This document shows positions 7,883 to 16,305 of a DNA stretch of 32,000 nt, one piece after another. Made by a program: the position numbers and the translations under genes. Every line of letters starts with the position of its first letter. Positions within the stretch are counted from its first letter, which is position 1. The DNA is from Methanothermobacter thermautotrophicus str. Delta H (GTDB lineage: Archaea > Methanobacteriota > Methanobacteria > Methanobacteriales > Methanothermobacteraceae), in NCBI RefSeq assembly GCF_000008645.1, contig NC_000916.1, positions 1,380,001 through 1,412,000 on the forward strand. Reading direction: 5' to 3'. The notes beneath the pieces were generated by a model that worked only from the letters and a program-made list of their open reading frames with translations, had not been told where the DNA came from and searched no databases.

Positions 7883-9244
7883 ATGGTGGTTGTTATGGGG
7901 ACCTACTTCAATCCTGAAATAGAGACCATGGAACGTGGCGAACTGGACGCCCTTGTAGAGGAGAGGATAAGGTACACAGTTAACTATGCATATGAAAACT
8001 CTCCCTTCTACAGCAAATGGTTCAGGGAGAACAATATCAAGCCCTCAGATATAAAGAGTCATGAGGACCTAAGGGAGCTCCCTATAATAAGCGGTGAAAC
8101 AGTAAGGAAAAACCAGCCACCTGAAAAGGACAGATTTGAATTTAAATGCGCCCCCTGGGAGGAGATCTACACCATCCATGAGACCAGCGGCACCAGCGGA
8201 AGACCAAAGTCCTTCTTCCTCACATGGGGGGACTGGCAGAGGTACGCAGAGAAGTATGCGAGGTCCTTTGTATCCCAGGGATTTGAAACAGGTGACCGGG
8301 TCGTCGTATGCGCATCCTACGGCATGAACGTCGGGGCCAACACGATGACACTGGCAGCACAGAAGATAGGAATGACAATAATACCCGAGGGCAAATGCAC
8401 ATTTCCTGTGAGGATAATGGAGAACTACCGGCCAACAGGGATAGTTGCAAACGTATTCAAACTGCTGAGGCTCGCAAGGCGAATGAAGGAGCAGGGAATT
8501 GATCCCAGGGAGTCAAGCATAAAGAGACTGGTGGTTGGTGGTGAAAGCTTTGCGCCGGAATCAAGGGCATACGTCGAGGAACTGTGGGGAGTTGATGTCT
8601 ACAACACCTATGGGAGCACCGAGGGGACCATGTGTGGGGAATGCCACATCAAGGAGGGACTCCACGTCCCCGAGGACCTCGTACACCTGGATGTCTATGA
8701 CCCCAACCTCAGGGACTTCGTTGATGATGGGGAATGCGGCAGGATAGTCCTGACAACACTGCTACCCGTTGGTGAGAGGACCGGCACACTCCTGCTCAAC
8801 TATGACACCGAGGACACAACCGTGGTCATATCCAGGGACACGTGCAGGTGTGGAAGGACCCACATGAGGATAATGAACCCTGAAAGGGAGGCAGAGACCT
8901 TCTGGATCTCCGGTCATCCATTCAACCGGGTTGACGTTGAGGCAGCGGTTTTCCAGAGGGAGAACATGGATTACCTCACAGGGGAATATGAGGCCTTCCT
9001 CTACGGGGACGAGGATGAGGGCACAGTGACCATGAGGGTCTCCCTTGAATGTGAGGATCCAGGAAACTGCGCCAAGGAGATAATCCAGGAGAACTTTATA
9101 GGGGCCTTCTTCAAATATAAGAGGGACCTGCATGATGCCTACCTTGAGGGAACATTTGAGATAATATTCAACTTCGTAGGGCCAGGCGAACTCGAATTTT
9201 ATAAGGTTAAGGGCAGGCCCAAGCGTATGGTTGATAGGAGATAG
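7883..9244 (+). CDS. Adenylate-forming ligase of the phenylacetate-CoA ligase (PaaK) / coenzyme F390 synthetase family.
   Basis: N-terminal YFNPEIETMERGEL, the AMP-binding loop TSGTSGRPK, and YGSTEG. Length about 450 aa. The start could instead be the ATG at 7895 (MGTYFNPE). Confidence 0.8.
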   Translation: MVVVMGTYFNPEIETMERGELDALVEERIRYTVNYAYENSPFYSKWFRENNIKPSDIKSHEDLRELPIISGETVRKNQPPEKDRFEFKCAPWEEIYTIHETSGTSGRPKSFFLTWGDWQRYAEKYARSFVSQGFETGDRVVVCASYGMNVGANTMTLAAQKIGMTIIPEGKCTFPVRIMENYRPTGIVANVFKLLRLARRMKEQGIDPRESSIKRLVVGGESFAPESRAYVEELWGVDVYNTYGSTEGTMCGECHIKEGLHVPEDLVHLDVYDPNLRDFVDDGECGRIVLTTLLPVGERTGTLLLNYDTEDTTVVISRDTCRCGRTHMRIMNPEREAETFWISGHPFNRVDVEAAVFQRENMDYLTGEYEAFLYGDEDEGTVTMRVSLECEDPGNCAKEIIQENFIGAFFKYKRDLHDAYLEGTFEIIFNFVGPGELEFYKVKGRPKRMVDRR

Positions 9245-9345
9245 TCCAGCTAAGGTTGGGATGTAGGGCAGACATCATCATGGACGGATAGTTTCAGGGA
9301 ACTGAGCCTTCCTTCAGTGGATAGCGAATTATATAATTAAAATGG

Positions 9346-9361
9346 TGCTGAATGCAGAAAC
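9346..9361 (+). repeat. Upstream copy of a 16-nt perfect repeat, TGCTGAATGCAGAAAC (a duplicate of the truD 5' end).
   Basis: Identical to 9399-9414. Preceded by its own ATG (9342), giving a 20-codon ORF, MVLNAET... Confidence 0.85.
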
Positions 9362-9397
9362 ATTATCGACTGAGTACATAAATTCTGGAGTAAAACG

Positions 9398-10645
9398 ATG
9401 CTGAATGCAGAAACCTATGTCACATCAACAGAGGGGACCGGTGGAAGAATAAGGGTGCATAACAGGGACTTTGAGGTGGAGGAGATCCCCCTCACAGAGC
9501 CCAGTGGCAGCGGCCCAAACACATGGATATGGATAGAGAAGGAGGGCAGGACAACCCTCGACGTCCTCCTCGACATTGCAAGGGAACTCCACCTTGACAG
9601 GAGAAGGATGGGATTCGCTGGCATGAAGGATAAGAGGGCCGTCACCAGACAGTGGATATGTGTGAGCAACACAGCACCCTCAGAGGTTAAGGCCATAGAG
9701 GAAAGGATAAGAAACGTTAAATTCCTCAGGGTCACAGCAAATGAGAAGAAACTCCGGATGGGCCAGCTGTTGGGCAACCGTTTCAGGATCCTGATAAGGG
9801 ACACCGAAATCGATGAACCCCTGGAAACAGCCAAGGCCACCCTCCAGGAACTTGAGGATAAGGGTGTCCCGAATTACTATGGCTGGCAGCGCTTTGGGAG
9901 TCCAAGGGCAAACACGCACCTTGTTGGACGGGCACTTGTCCATGGCGATGTAAAGGGCGCGGTTGACAGCTACATAGGTAACCCCCTTGAGGGGGAATCA
10001 GAGATTGTTTCAGAGGCCAGGAGGGCCTATGACAGGGGCGACCTTGAGGAGGCATATGAGCTCATGCCATCATCAATGAGGTATGAGAGGATGATGCTGA
10101 GACCGATGCTCAGGGATCTACGTAGGGGTGAGTTCTCAGATGAATCATACGTGAGGGCCATCCATGCACTTCCGAAGCCCCTGAAGAGGATGTTCGTCCA
10201 CGCCTACCAGTCATACCTCTTCAACCGGGCAGTAAGTGAGAGGGCGGCCCTCGGCATAAACACCCACATCCCCGGCGATATAGTCATTGATAATGACCAG
10301 CACATAATACATGACGCTGATCCAGATGAACTGGAGGAGCTGATCCTAAACTTCGAGGCCCATCCGACAGCACCCTTATATGGCAGCAAGGTCCCCCTTG
10401 CCAGTGGAAGGCCCGGTGAGATTGAGAGGAGGATACTTGAGGATGAGGGAGTGTCCCTTGAGGACTTCAACTCAATAAAGGTCCCCAAACTTGGAAGCCA
10501 TGGCATGAGGAGGGCGATACGCTTCAGGATATGGGACGTGGATGCCCATGAGAGCCAGGAGGGCCTTACAGTTGAATTCTCAATACCCAGGGGGTGCTAT
10601 GCAACCTCTGTTTTAAGGGAGATCATGAAAAAGGATGTTGTCTAG
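9398..10645 (+). CDS. truD: tRNA pseudouridine synthase TruD (Pus7 family).
   Basis: Catalytic motif [12 protein letters not shown] and a TruD-like architecture. Length 415 aa. GGAG lies 8 nt upstream of the ATG. Confidence 0.9.
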
Positions 10646-10730
10646 GTCTTCAGACATGCAGGTGGGTCCATGGATTTTACTGAATATCCGTGACCACTTA
10701 CTGAATGATTAAAGGTATGGAGATGATCCG

Positions 10731-11126
10731 GTGGAAGTTGACTGCAGAGTTATATCACGTGGAAAGGGAAGAGGTCCAGTTCTGGTATCAACCGAACCAT
10801 TGAGCTTTCTCGGAGGAGTTGATCCCGGCACAGGGAGGGTTATTGACCAGAAACACCCATTACATGGCAGGAGCATTAGGGGGAAGGTTCTCCTCATACC
10901 CGGCGGTAAGGGCTCCACGGTGGGGTCCTATGTCATATTTCAGATGGCAAAGAACGAAACAGCTCCGGCCGCCATAATATGCCTGAACGCGGAGCCAATA
11001 ATCGCAACCGGGGCCATAATGGCTGGAATACCCATGGTGGACAGACCCTCGGAGGACCTCCTCGGTCTTCTGGAGGATTCAATGGAGGTTGAGGTGGATG
11101 CTGATGAGGGAAAAATCAGGTTCTAG
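10731..11126 (+). CDS. DUF126 / aconitase-X swivel-domain protein, a putative small subunit of phosphomevalonate dehydratase (archaeal modified mevalonate pathway).
   Basis: About 130 aa with the characteristic G.G.G...S.EPLSF.GG(V/I)DP.TG and [11 protein letters not shown] motifs. GTG start 8 nt after GGAG. Confidence 0.7.
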   Translation: MEVDCRVISRGKGRGPVLVSTEPLSFLGGVDPGTGRVIDQKHPLHGRSIRGKVLLIPGGKGSTVGSYVIFQMAKNETAPAAIICLNAEPIIATGAIMAGIPMVDRPSEDLLGLLEDSMEVEVDADEGKIRF

Positions 11127-11473
11127 TCCCTGAAGGACCCCAGTATGCTGCCGGCGCTCCCACCAAGGAATCCAAGGCTCATATCACCTGCAAGGGCGTA
11201 TATGAGTATTGAGAGGATCGGCATATTCATGATACCAGTTTTGATGTAGACCATGAGGATGTTTATGATGCCAACGGCGGCCCCCATGATAACCCCGTTC
11301 ACCGCACCGTTGAGATAATCCTTATCTGCGATGTAACCGCAGGCCACAGAGGCCAGGAGAATTGAAAGCACGCCCATCAATGAGGGGATCAGTAATCTGA
11401 GGAGGGGTCCAAGGATGACTGTAAGGATGATACCAGAAACAACTGCCTTCCAGTTAACTTCAATTTCCATCAT
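11123..11473 (-). CDS. Small integral membrane protein (116 aa, about 4 TM), function unknown.
   Basis: Gly/Ile/Leu-rich hydrophobic segments throughout. The stop shares a CTAG palindrome with the convergent DUF126 gene. Confidence 0.6.
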   Translation of the reverse strand: MMEIEVNWKAVVSGIILTVILGPLLRLLIPSLMGVLSILLASVACGYIADKDYLNGAVNGVIMGAAVGIINILMVYIKTGIMNMPILSILIYALAGDMSLGFLGGSAGSILGSFRD

Positions 11474-11621
11474 CGATCACCATGAATAATAATTTATGAT
11501 GGATATATAATCTTATGGTCGAAAGGGTAATGATGCTCCAGATAAAAGTAAGAACCTGCTGGATCGGGGTTCATTCATGGGATAATTTGAACGGTTTTTG
11601 GGTGCTAAGGAGTTGCATTTC

Positions 11622-12182
11622 ATGATTATTGATGATTTTAATGATTATAAGCTCTCATTTTTTGATGATAAATGGTTACCGGTTTTTCTGATCGTCTGGT
11701 TAACGGTATTCCTCCTTTCCCATCCTGACATGAACTTTAAGCTCCTGGCGGGCCTGATCTTTTCCACCATAATAATCGTCTATAAACCGGAGGGCTTCCT
11801 TGAGGACCATAAAAGGAGGATCTTCATCTTAACAGTCATACTGTATCCCCCCGCTGAATTTGCACTGAAGCTACTGGCTGCCTCAGGGCCCCTTGCAGTT
11901 AACATGGCCGAGCACTTTACTGCGGGTCTTGTGGTGGCAATTTATCTTTCAACACTCCTCCATGGCGCACTCAAAAAACTGAGCCAGTGGGAGAGGTTCA
12001 TGTTCACGGTATCGGCTGCAGTCCTCTTCTGTCTCTTATATGAAATCACAGGGTTTTTAATCTACTATGAGCCATCTGCTGCCCTGTACTCAGACACAAT
12101 GAGGGACCTCTCAATGAACATGGCCGGTGCGGTCATGGTAGCTGCACTCATCTCCGACTATGAGGGAAAATCTAGAATATAG
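11622..12182 (+). CDS. Integral membrane protein (about 186 aa from ATG 11622), function unknown.
   Basis: Multiple hydrophobic helices. AAGGAG at 11607-11612 favours ATG 11622 over the track's TTG at 11598. Confidence 0.55.
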   Translation: MIIDDFNDYKLSFFDDKWLPVFLIVWLTVFLLSHPDMNFKLLAGLIFSTIIIVYKPEGFLEDHKRRIFILTVILYPPAEFALKLLAASGPLAVNMAEHFTAGLVVAIYLSTLLHGALKKLSQWERFMFTVSAAVLFCLLYEITGFLIYYEPSAALYSDTMRDLSMNMAGAVMVAALISDYEGKSRI

Positions 12183-12195
12183 GTTTTTATGTTCT
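12166..12195 (+). repeat. Copy 1 of a 30-nt direct repeat, GAAAATCTAGAATATAGGTTTT(T/C)ATGTTCT. It spans the last 5 sense codons, the stop codon and the T-run of the 11622-12182 gene.
   Basis: 29/30 identity with 12232-12261, offset by 66 nt. Confidence 0.9.
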
Positions 12196-12231
12196 CGGTA
12201 ACGATGGATGAGTTACAGCAGATAGTACTGA

Positions 12232-12261
12232 GAAAATCTAGAATATAGGTTTTCATGTTCT
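12232..12261 (+). repeat. Copy 2 of the 30-nt direct repeat.
   Basis: See copy 1. Confidence 0.9.
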
Positions 12262-12286
12262 GGATGGAGCCAGCAGTTCAAGCTGG

Positions 12287-12550
12287 TCACGGGAACGATG
12301 GAGGTATCGGTTCTGGCTCCGGGCCAGGGCCGGAGGTGTTATTTGTCGGCGGGTTCTCCGAGGCACTTCCACTATCGGTACTGCAGCGTACCTCCCCGGT
12401 GTCCTGGGCAGAGTTTAGTCTGCTCCTCTGGAAGTAGGACCTGTAGATTATCAGTGAGAGTATTGCAATGACCACTATGGCTCCGAAGAGGAGTATGTAT
12501 TCTGAGGATGACTGACCGGATTCATCCAGTAAAAATGATTCAGAAAACAT
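12287..12550 (-). CDS. Small class-III-signal-peptide (archaeal type IV pilin-like) protein, 87 aa.
   Basis: N-terminus ...DESGQSSSEYILLFGAIVVIAILSLII fits the archaeal prepilin pattern (G-Q-x-S-x-E-Y followed by a hydrophobic helix). Pro/Gly/Asn-rich C-terminus with an NNTS sequon. TATA-like repeats lie 15-25 nt upstream, suggesting a leaderless mRNA. Confidence 0.6.
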   Translation of the reverse strand: MFSESFLLDESGQSSSEYILLFGAIVVIAILSLIIYRSYFQRSRLNSAQDTGEVRCSTDSGSASENPPTNNTSGPGPEPEPIPPSFP

Positions 12551-12653
12551 GTAGATCAGCCCCTAAATCTATATAGGTATATAGGTTCCGTTGTATATAT
12601 ATTTTCCTTACAGAATTGAAGGTGACCATAAGGGTATTTTCAGGGGTTTTTAC

Positions 12654-13865
12654 ATGAGATTTGCAGTGAAGGGTGAATTTCTGGACATCTATTCAGGGGA
12701 GCATGAAAGGAGGTACGTGCTTGTTGATAAGGGGAGGATAACCGCCATTGAGAGTAGTGTCACAGGTGTTGAGGTTATTGATGCCTCTGATAAGTTCATT
12801 CTACCAGGCTTCATTGACCTGCACACCCATCTAATGGAGGATGGGTTCAGGACAGAGAGCAAACTTGAGGATCCACTCTCACTCTACTTCTACGGGGCCC
12901 TTGACAATATGAGGGCAACCCTCCAGGCAGGTGTTACAACGGTAAGGGATGCGGGTCTTGCAGACCTCGGTGTTAAGATGGCCTCCGACCGGCACATCAT
13001 CCAGGCGCCCCGGATGCAGATAAGCGTCACGCCCCTATCAATCACGGGGGGGCACTTCGACTTTCACACAAGATCAGGACTCAACATTGAAAGGAGATAC
13101 AGGGGGCTACCCTCCGGTATCTGTGATGGGATCCCATCTGTGAGGAAGAGGACGAGGGAGGTCCTGAGGGCTGGGGCGGATGTTGTTAAGGTAATGGCGA
13201 CTGGTGGAGTCATGAGCAGCACGGACAGACCATCGGACACCCAGTTCACACCGTCAGAACTTGCAGCCATAGTTGAGGAGGCATCATTCAGGGGTAAAAA
13301 TGTTATGGTCCATGCCCATGGTCTCCAGGGGATAAAGAATTCCATAAAGGCGGGTGTTCATTCAGTTGAACATGGAACATACCTGGATAAAAGGACCGCC
13401 AGGTTGATGGCTGAAAGGGGCGTCTACCTGGTACCAACATTCCTGGTAACCCGCCTCAACAATGATAAGGCCCTGAGGGGAGAACTGGCGGAATACAGCC
13501 GCAGGGACGCCATTGAGGTGGCAGAAGTCCACCGGGAGAACATGGAGATGGCCTACAATGAGGGTGTGCGGATGGTTATGGGCACAGATTCAGGTGTTGT
13601 TGAGCATGGAATGAACCTGCTTGAACTATCCTACCTTACAGAGACCGGCATGGAGCCACTGGAAGCCATAAGGGCTGGAACCATACATGCAGCCGAATGC
13701 ATGGGGTGGGAGGACCGGATAGGTTCAATAGAAAAGGGTAAAATTGCAGATATTGTTGTAACTGAGGTGAATCCGGTGGAGGAGATAGACGAACTTTCCA
13801 GGCCCGGGAACGTGCTCCTGGTTGTGAGGGATGGCATAATCTACAGGGATGAGCTGGTCTATTGA
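12654..13865 (+). CDS. Metal-dependent amidohydrolase superfamily protein (imidazolonepropionase / Xaa-Pro dipeptidase-like).
   Basis: GFIDLHTHL (HxH metal site), VHAHG, and a C-terminal ...GSIE.GK.ADIV... motif. The track's TTG at 12591 lies inside a TATA-rich promoter region, so ATG 12654 is preferred. Confidence 0.8.
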   Translation: MRFAVKGEFLDIYSGEHERRYVLVDKGRITAIESSVTGVEVIDASDKFILPGFIDLHTHLMEDGFRTESKLEDPLSLYFYGALDNMRATLQAGVTTVRDAGLADLGVKMASDRHIIQAPRMQISVTPLSITGGHFDFHTRSGLNIERRYRGLPSGICDGIPSVRKRTREVLRAGADVVKVMATGGVMSSTDRPSDTQFTPSELAAIVEEASFRGKNVMVHAHGLQGIKNSIKAGVHSVEHGTYLDKRTARLMAERGVYLVPTFLVTRLNNDKALRGELAEYSRRDAIEVAEVHRENMEMAYNEGVRMVMGTDSGVVEHGMNLLELSYLTETGMEPLEAIRAGTIHAAECMGWEDRIGSIEKGKIADIVVTEVNPVEEIDELSRPGNVLLVVRDGIIYRDELVY

Positions 13866-13908
13866 TTGGCTGAAGTTCAGGTTGAATCATGGATCTGGTG
13901 GAATGTAA

Positions 13909-16281
13909 ATGAAAAGAATAACGATAAGGATAGGCGGGATGGGGTGCGCTGCATGCGCACTGAAGATCGAGGAGGCCCTCAGAAAACTGGATGGAATCCG
14001 CGATGCTGCGGTCAACCTGGTTGAGGGAAAGGTTTCAGTTGAGTATGACCCCCGGAGGGTTGATCTCTCCGATATGGAGGCCGCCATTGAGGACGCCGGC
14101 TACACTGTACTCAATGAGAACATAGCCATGGCTGTGGGTGGTATGAGCTGTGCGATGTGTGTACAGAAAATAGAATCCGCCCTGAGGGGACTTGAGGGCG
14201 TAAGCAATGCCACAGTCAACCTCGCAGCTGAAAAGGCCTACATCTCCTATAACCCATCCCTGACCTCTGTGGAGGACCTCAAAAGGACGGTGGAGGATCT
14301 TGGATACACCGTGAGGGGTCTGGAGGGTGAAGAGATCAGTGAGGACCTGAAACCAAAAATTAGAAGAATAATAGTGGGTTTCGGAGTGTCAGTCCCCCTG
14401 ATGGCGATGATGTACCTCGGTCTACAGCCCCCAGGTGGGGGTATATCCATGCTACTGGTGTCAATCATACCATTCATCTATGTCTCAGGACCGATATTCA
14501 GGGGGGCCCTCAGATCACTGAGATCCGGGACACTTGACATGGATGTAATGTACTCAATGGGTATAGGAGTCGCCTTCCTTTCAAGCATCCTGGGCACCGC
14601 AGGGATTCTCCCATCCGATTTCATGTTCTATGACACCGCACTTATGCTGGCATCCTTCCTCACCCTTGGAAGGTACCTGGAGGCAGGTGCCCGGGGTAAA
14701 ACATCAGAGGCAGTGAGGAGGCTCATGGAACTCCAGCCAGACACCGCCACGGTCCTCAGGGACGGCAGGGAGGTTGAGGTGAGGATCCACGAGATAGATG
14801 TGGGTGATGAGGTAATTGTGAGACCAGGGGACAGGGTACCCGCTGATGGAAAGGTTGTGGAGGGATCCTCCTATGTGGATGAGTTCATGATAACAGGTGA
14901 GCCCCTCCCGGCCCTTAAAACACCCGGATCAGAGGTCGTTGCAGGTACAATAAACACTGACGGCATCCTGAGGTTCAGGGTTGAACGCACCGGTGATGAA
15001 ACCTTCCTTTCAGGTATAATAAAACTCGTTGACGAGGCCCAGGCATCAAAGCCTCCCATACAGAGGATTGCTGACCGGGCAGTATCCTATTTCATACCCG
15101 CAGTTCTGCTTGTTGCAACATCAGCCTTCCTCTTCTGGTACCTTGTTGAAGGTGCAGGGTTACTCCTGTCCATCACGGTTCTCATATCCGTACTTGTGGT
15201 GGCCTGTCCATGCGCACTGGGCCTTGCAACACCAACCGCTGTCACAGCAGGTATAGGCAGGGGCGCTGAACTTGGAATACTCATAAAGAAGGGTGAGGCC
15301 CTTGAGGTATCCGACAGGATATCGTGCGTGATCTTCGATAAAACAGGTACACTGACACTGGGAAGGCCCAGGGTCACAGACATGGTTGGTGATGTGCTGG
15401 GCCTGGCAGCGGCCCTTGAGAGAAAATCCAGGCACCCCATTGCAGCTGCAGTAACTGAGAGGGCCGAGGAGGAAGGGGTTGACGTCCCGGAGGCCGAGGA
15501 CTTCCGGGCCATACCCGGCATGGGACTTGAGGGGATGGTGGACTCACACCATGTACTTGCAGGTAACCGGGCCCTCATGGAGAAATACGGCATCCCCCTG
15601 GAACACTGGGACCCTGAAAAATTTGAATCAGATGGGAAGACGGTGGTCATAGTCGCAGTGGATGGCGAGGTGAAGGGGATCATAGCGGTCTCAGATGAGA
15701 TAAAGCCTGGTTCAGCGCGGGCTGTCAGGGAACTGGAGAGGATGGGAATAGGCACTGCAATGATAACCGGGGACAACCGGAAAACCGCGGAGGCTGTGGC
15801 CCGTGAGGTGGGGATAGGGACCGTGATTGCAGAGGTCCTCCCACAGGATAAGGCAACAAGGGTGGCCGAGCTTCGAGAAAGGGGTGAAGGAGTCGCCTTT
15901 GTCGGGGACGGTATAAACGATGCCCCCGCACTTGCAGAGGCCGACCTCGGAGTGGCGGTTGGTAGCGGAACAGACATAGCCCGGGAGGCCGGTGAGGTGG
16001 TCCTCATGGGAGATGACCCACTTGATGTTCCAGCGGCCCTCCAGCTGGCAGGGAAGGTCATATCAAGGATCCGGCAGAACATCTTCTGGGCCTTCGCCTA
16101 CAACGTTGTGCTGATTCCACTGGCTGCCGGAGCCCTTTACCCCCTCGGAATCGTATTCAGACCAGAATACGCGGGTCTGGCAATGGCCCTCAGTTCAGTG
16201 ACAGTGGTATCCCTCTCACTCACCCTCAGGGGATACACCCCACCTGCAAGAAGGTTGAGGGAGAAGCAGGGAGAAGGTTAA
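13909..16281 (+). CDS. copA: Copper-translocating P1B-type ATPase with two N-terminal heavy-metal-associated domains.
   Basis: GMGCAACA and GMSCAMCV HMA motifs, TGEP, a CPC transmembrane motif (ACPCALGLATP), DKTGTLT and GDGINDAP. Confidence 0.93.
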   Translation: MKRITIRIGGMGCAACALKIEEALRKLDGIRDAAVNLVEGKVSVEYDPRRVDLSDMEAAIEDAGYTVLNENIAMAVGGMSCAMCVQKIESALRGLEGVSNATVNLAAEKAYISYNPSLTSVEDLKRTVEDLGYTVRGLEGEEISEDLKPKIRRIIVGFGVSVPLMAMMYLGLQPPGGGISMLLVSIIPFIYVSGPIFRGALRSLRSGTLDMDVMYSMGIGVAFLSSILGTAGILPSDFMFYDTALMLASFLTLGRYLEAGARGKTSEAVRRLMELQPDTATVLRDGREVEVRIHEIDVGDEVIVRPGDRVPADGKVVEGSSYVDEFMITGEPLPALKTPGSEVVAGTINTDGILRFRVERTGDETFLSGIIKLVDEAQASKPPIQRIADRAVSYFIPAVLLVATSAFLFWYLVEGAGLLLSITVLISVLVVACPCALGLATPTAVTAGIGRGAELGILIKKGEALEVSDRISCVIFDKTGTLTLGRPRVTDMVGDVLGLAAALERKSRHPIAAAVTERAEEEGVDVPEAEDFRAIPGMGLEGMVDSHHVLAGNRALMEKYGIPLEHWDPEKFESDGKTVVIVAVDGEVKGIIAVSDEIKPGSARAVRELERMGIGTAMITGDNRKTAEAVAREVGIGTVIAEVLPQDKATRVAELRERGEGVAFVGDGINDAPALAEADLGVAVGSGTDIAREAGEVVLMGDDPLDVPAALQLAGKVISRIRQNIFWAFAYNVVLIPLAAGALYPLGIVFRPEYAGLAMALSSVTVVSLSLTLRGYTPPARRLREKQGEG

Positions 16282-16305
16282 TTTCAGGAGCTGGAGCGTA
16301 AATCG

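Noticed and set aside
10677-10706. TTACTGAAT direct repeat, 21 nt apart, upstream of the DUF126 gene.
   Set aside because: A 9-mer repeated once is within chance expectation. I mention it only as context in a finding.
11123-11126. CTAG palindrome providing the stop codons of two convergent genes.
   Set aside because: This is a curiosity of tight packing, not a functional element I can support.
7680-12290. Search for C/D-box sRNAs (RUGAUGA…CUGA pairs) in the intergenic gaps at 7680-7882, 9245-9397, 10646-10730, 11474-11597 and 12183-12286.
   Set aside because: Only isolated partial boxes were found, for example GGATGAG…CTGA at 12205-12231. No complete C/D'/C'/D arrangement with correct spacing is present.
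12255-12437. 60-aa plus-strand ORF opposite the pilin-like gene.
   Set aside because: Its product is Gly/Ser-rich low-complexity sequence. The minus-strand frame has a recognisable class III signal peptide and an upstream TATA.
15087-16082. 331-aa ORF on the minus strand inside copA.
   Set aside because: It is antisense to a P-type ATPase with all canonical motifs. It has a low-complexity Ser/Pro/Ala/Thr composition typical of the reverse frame of GC-rich codons.
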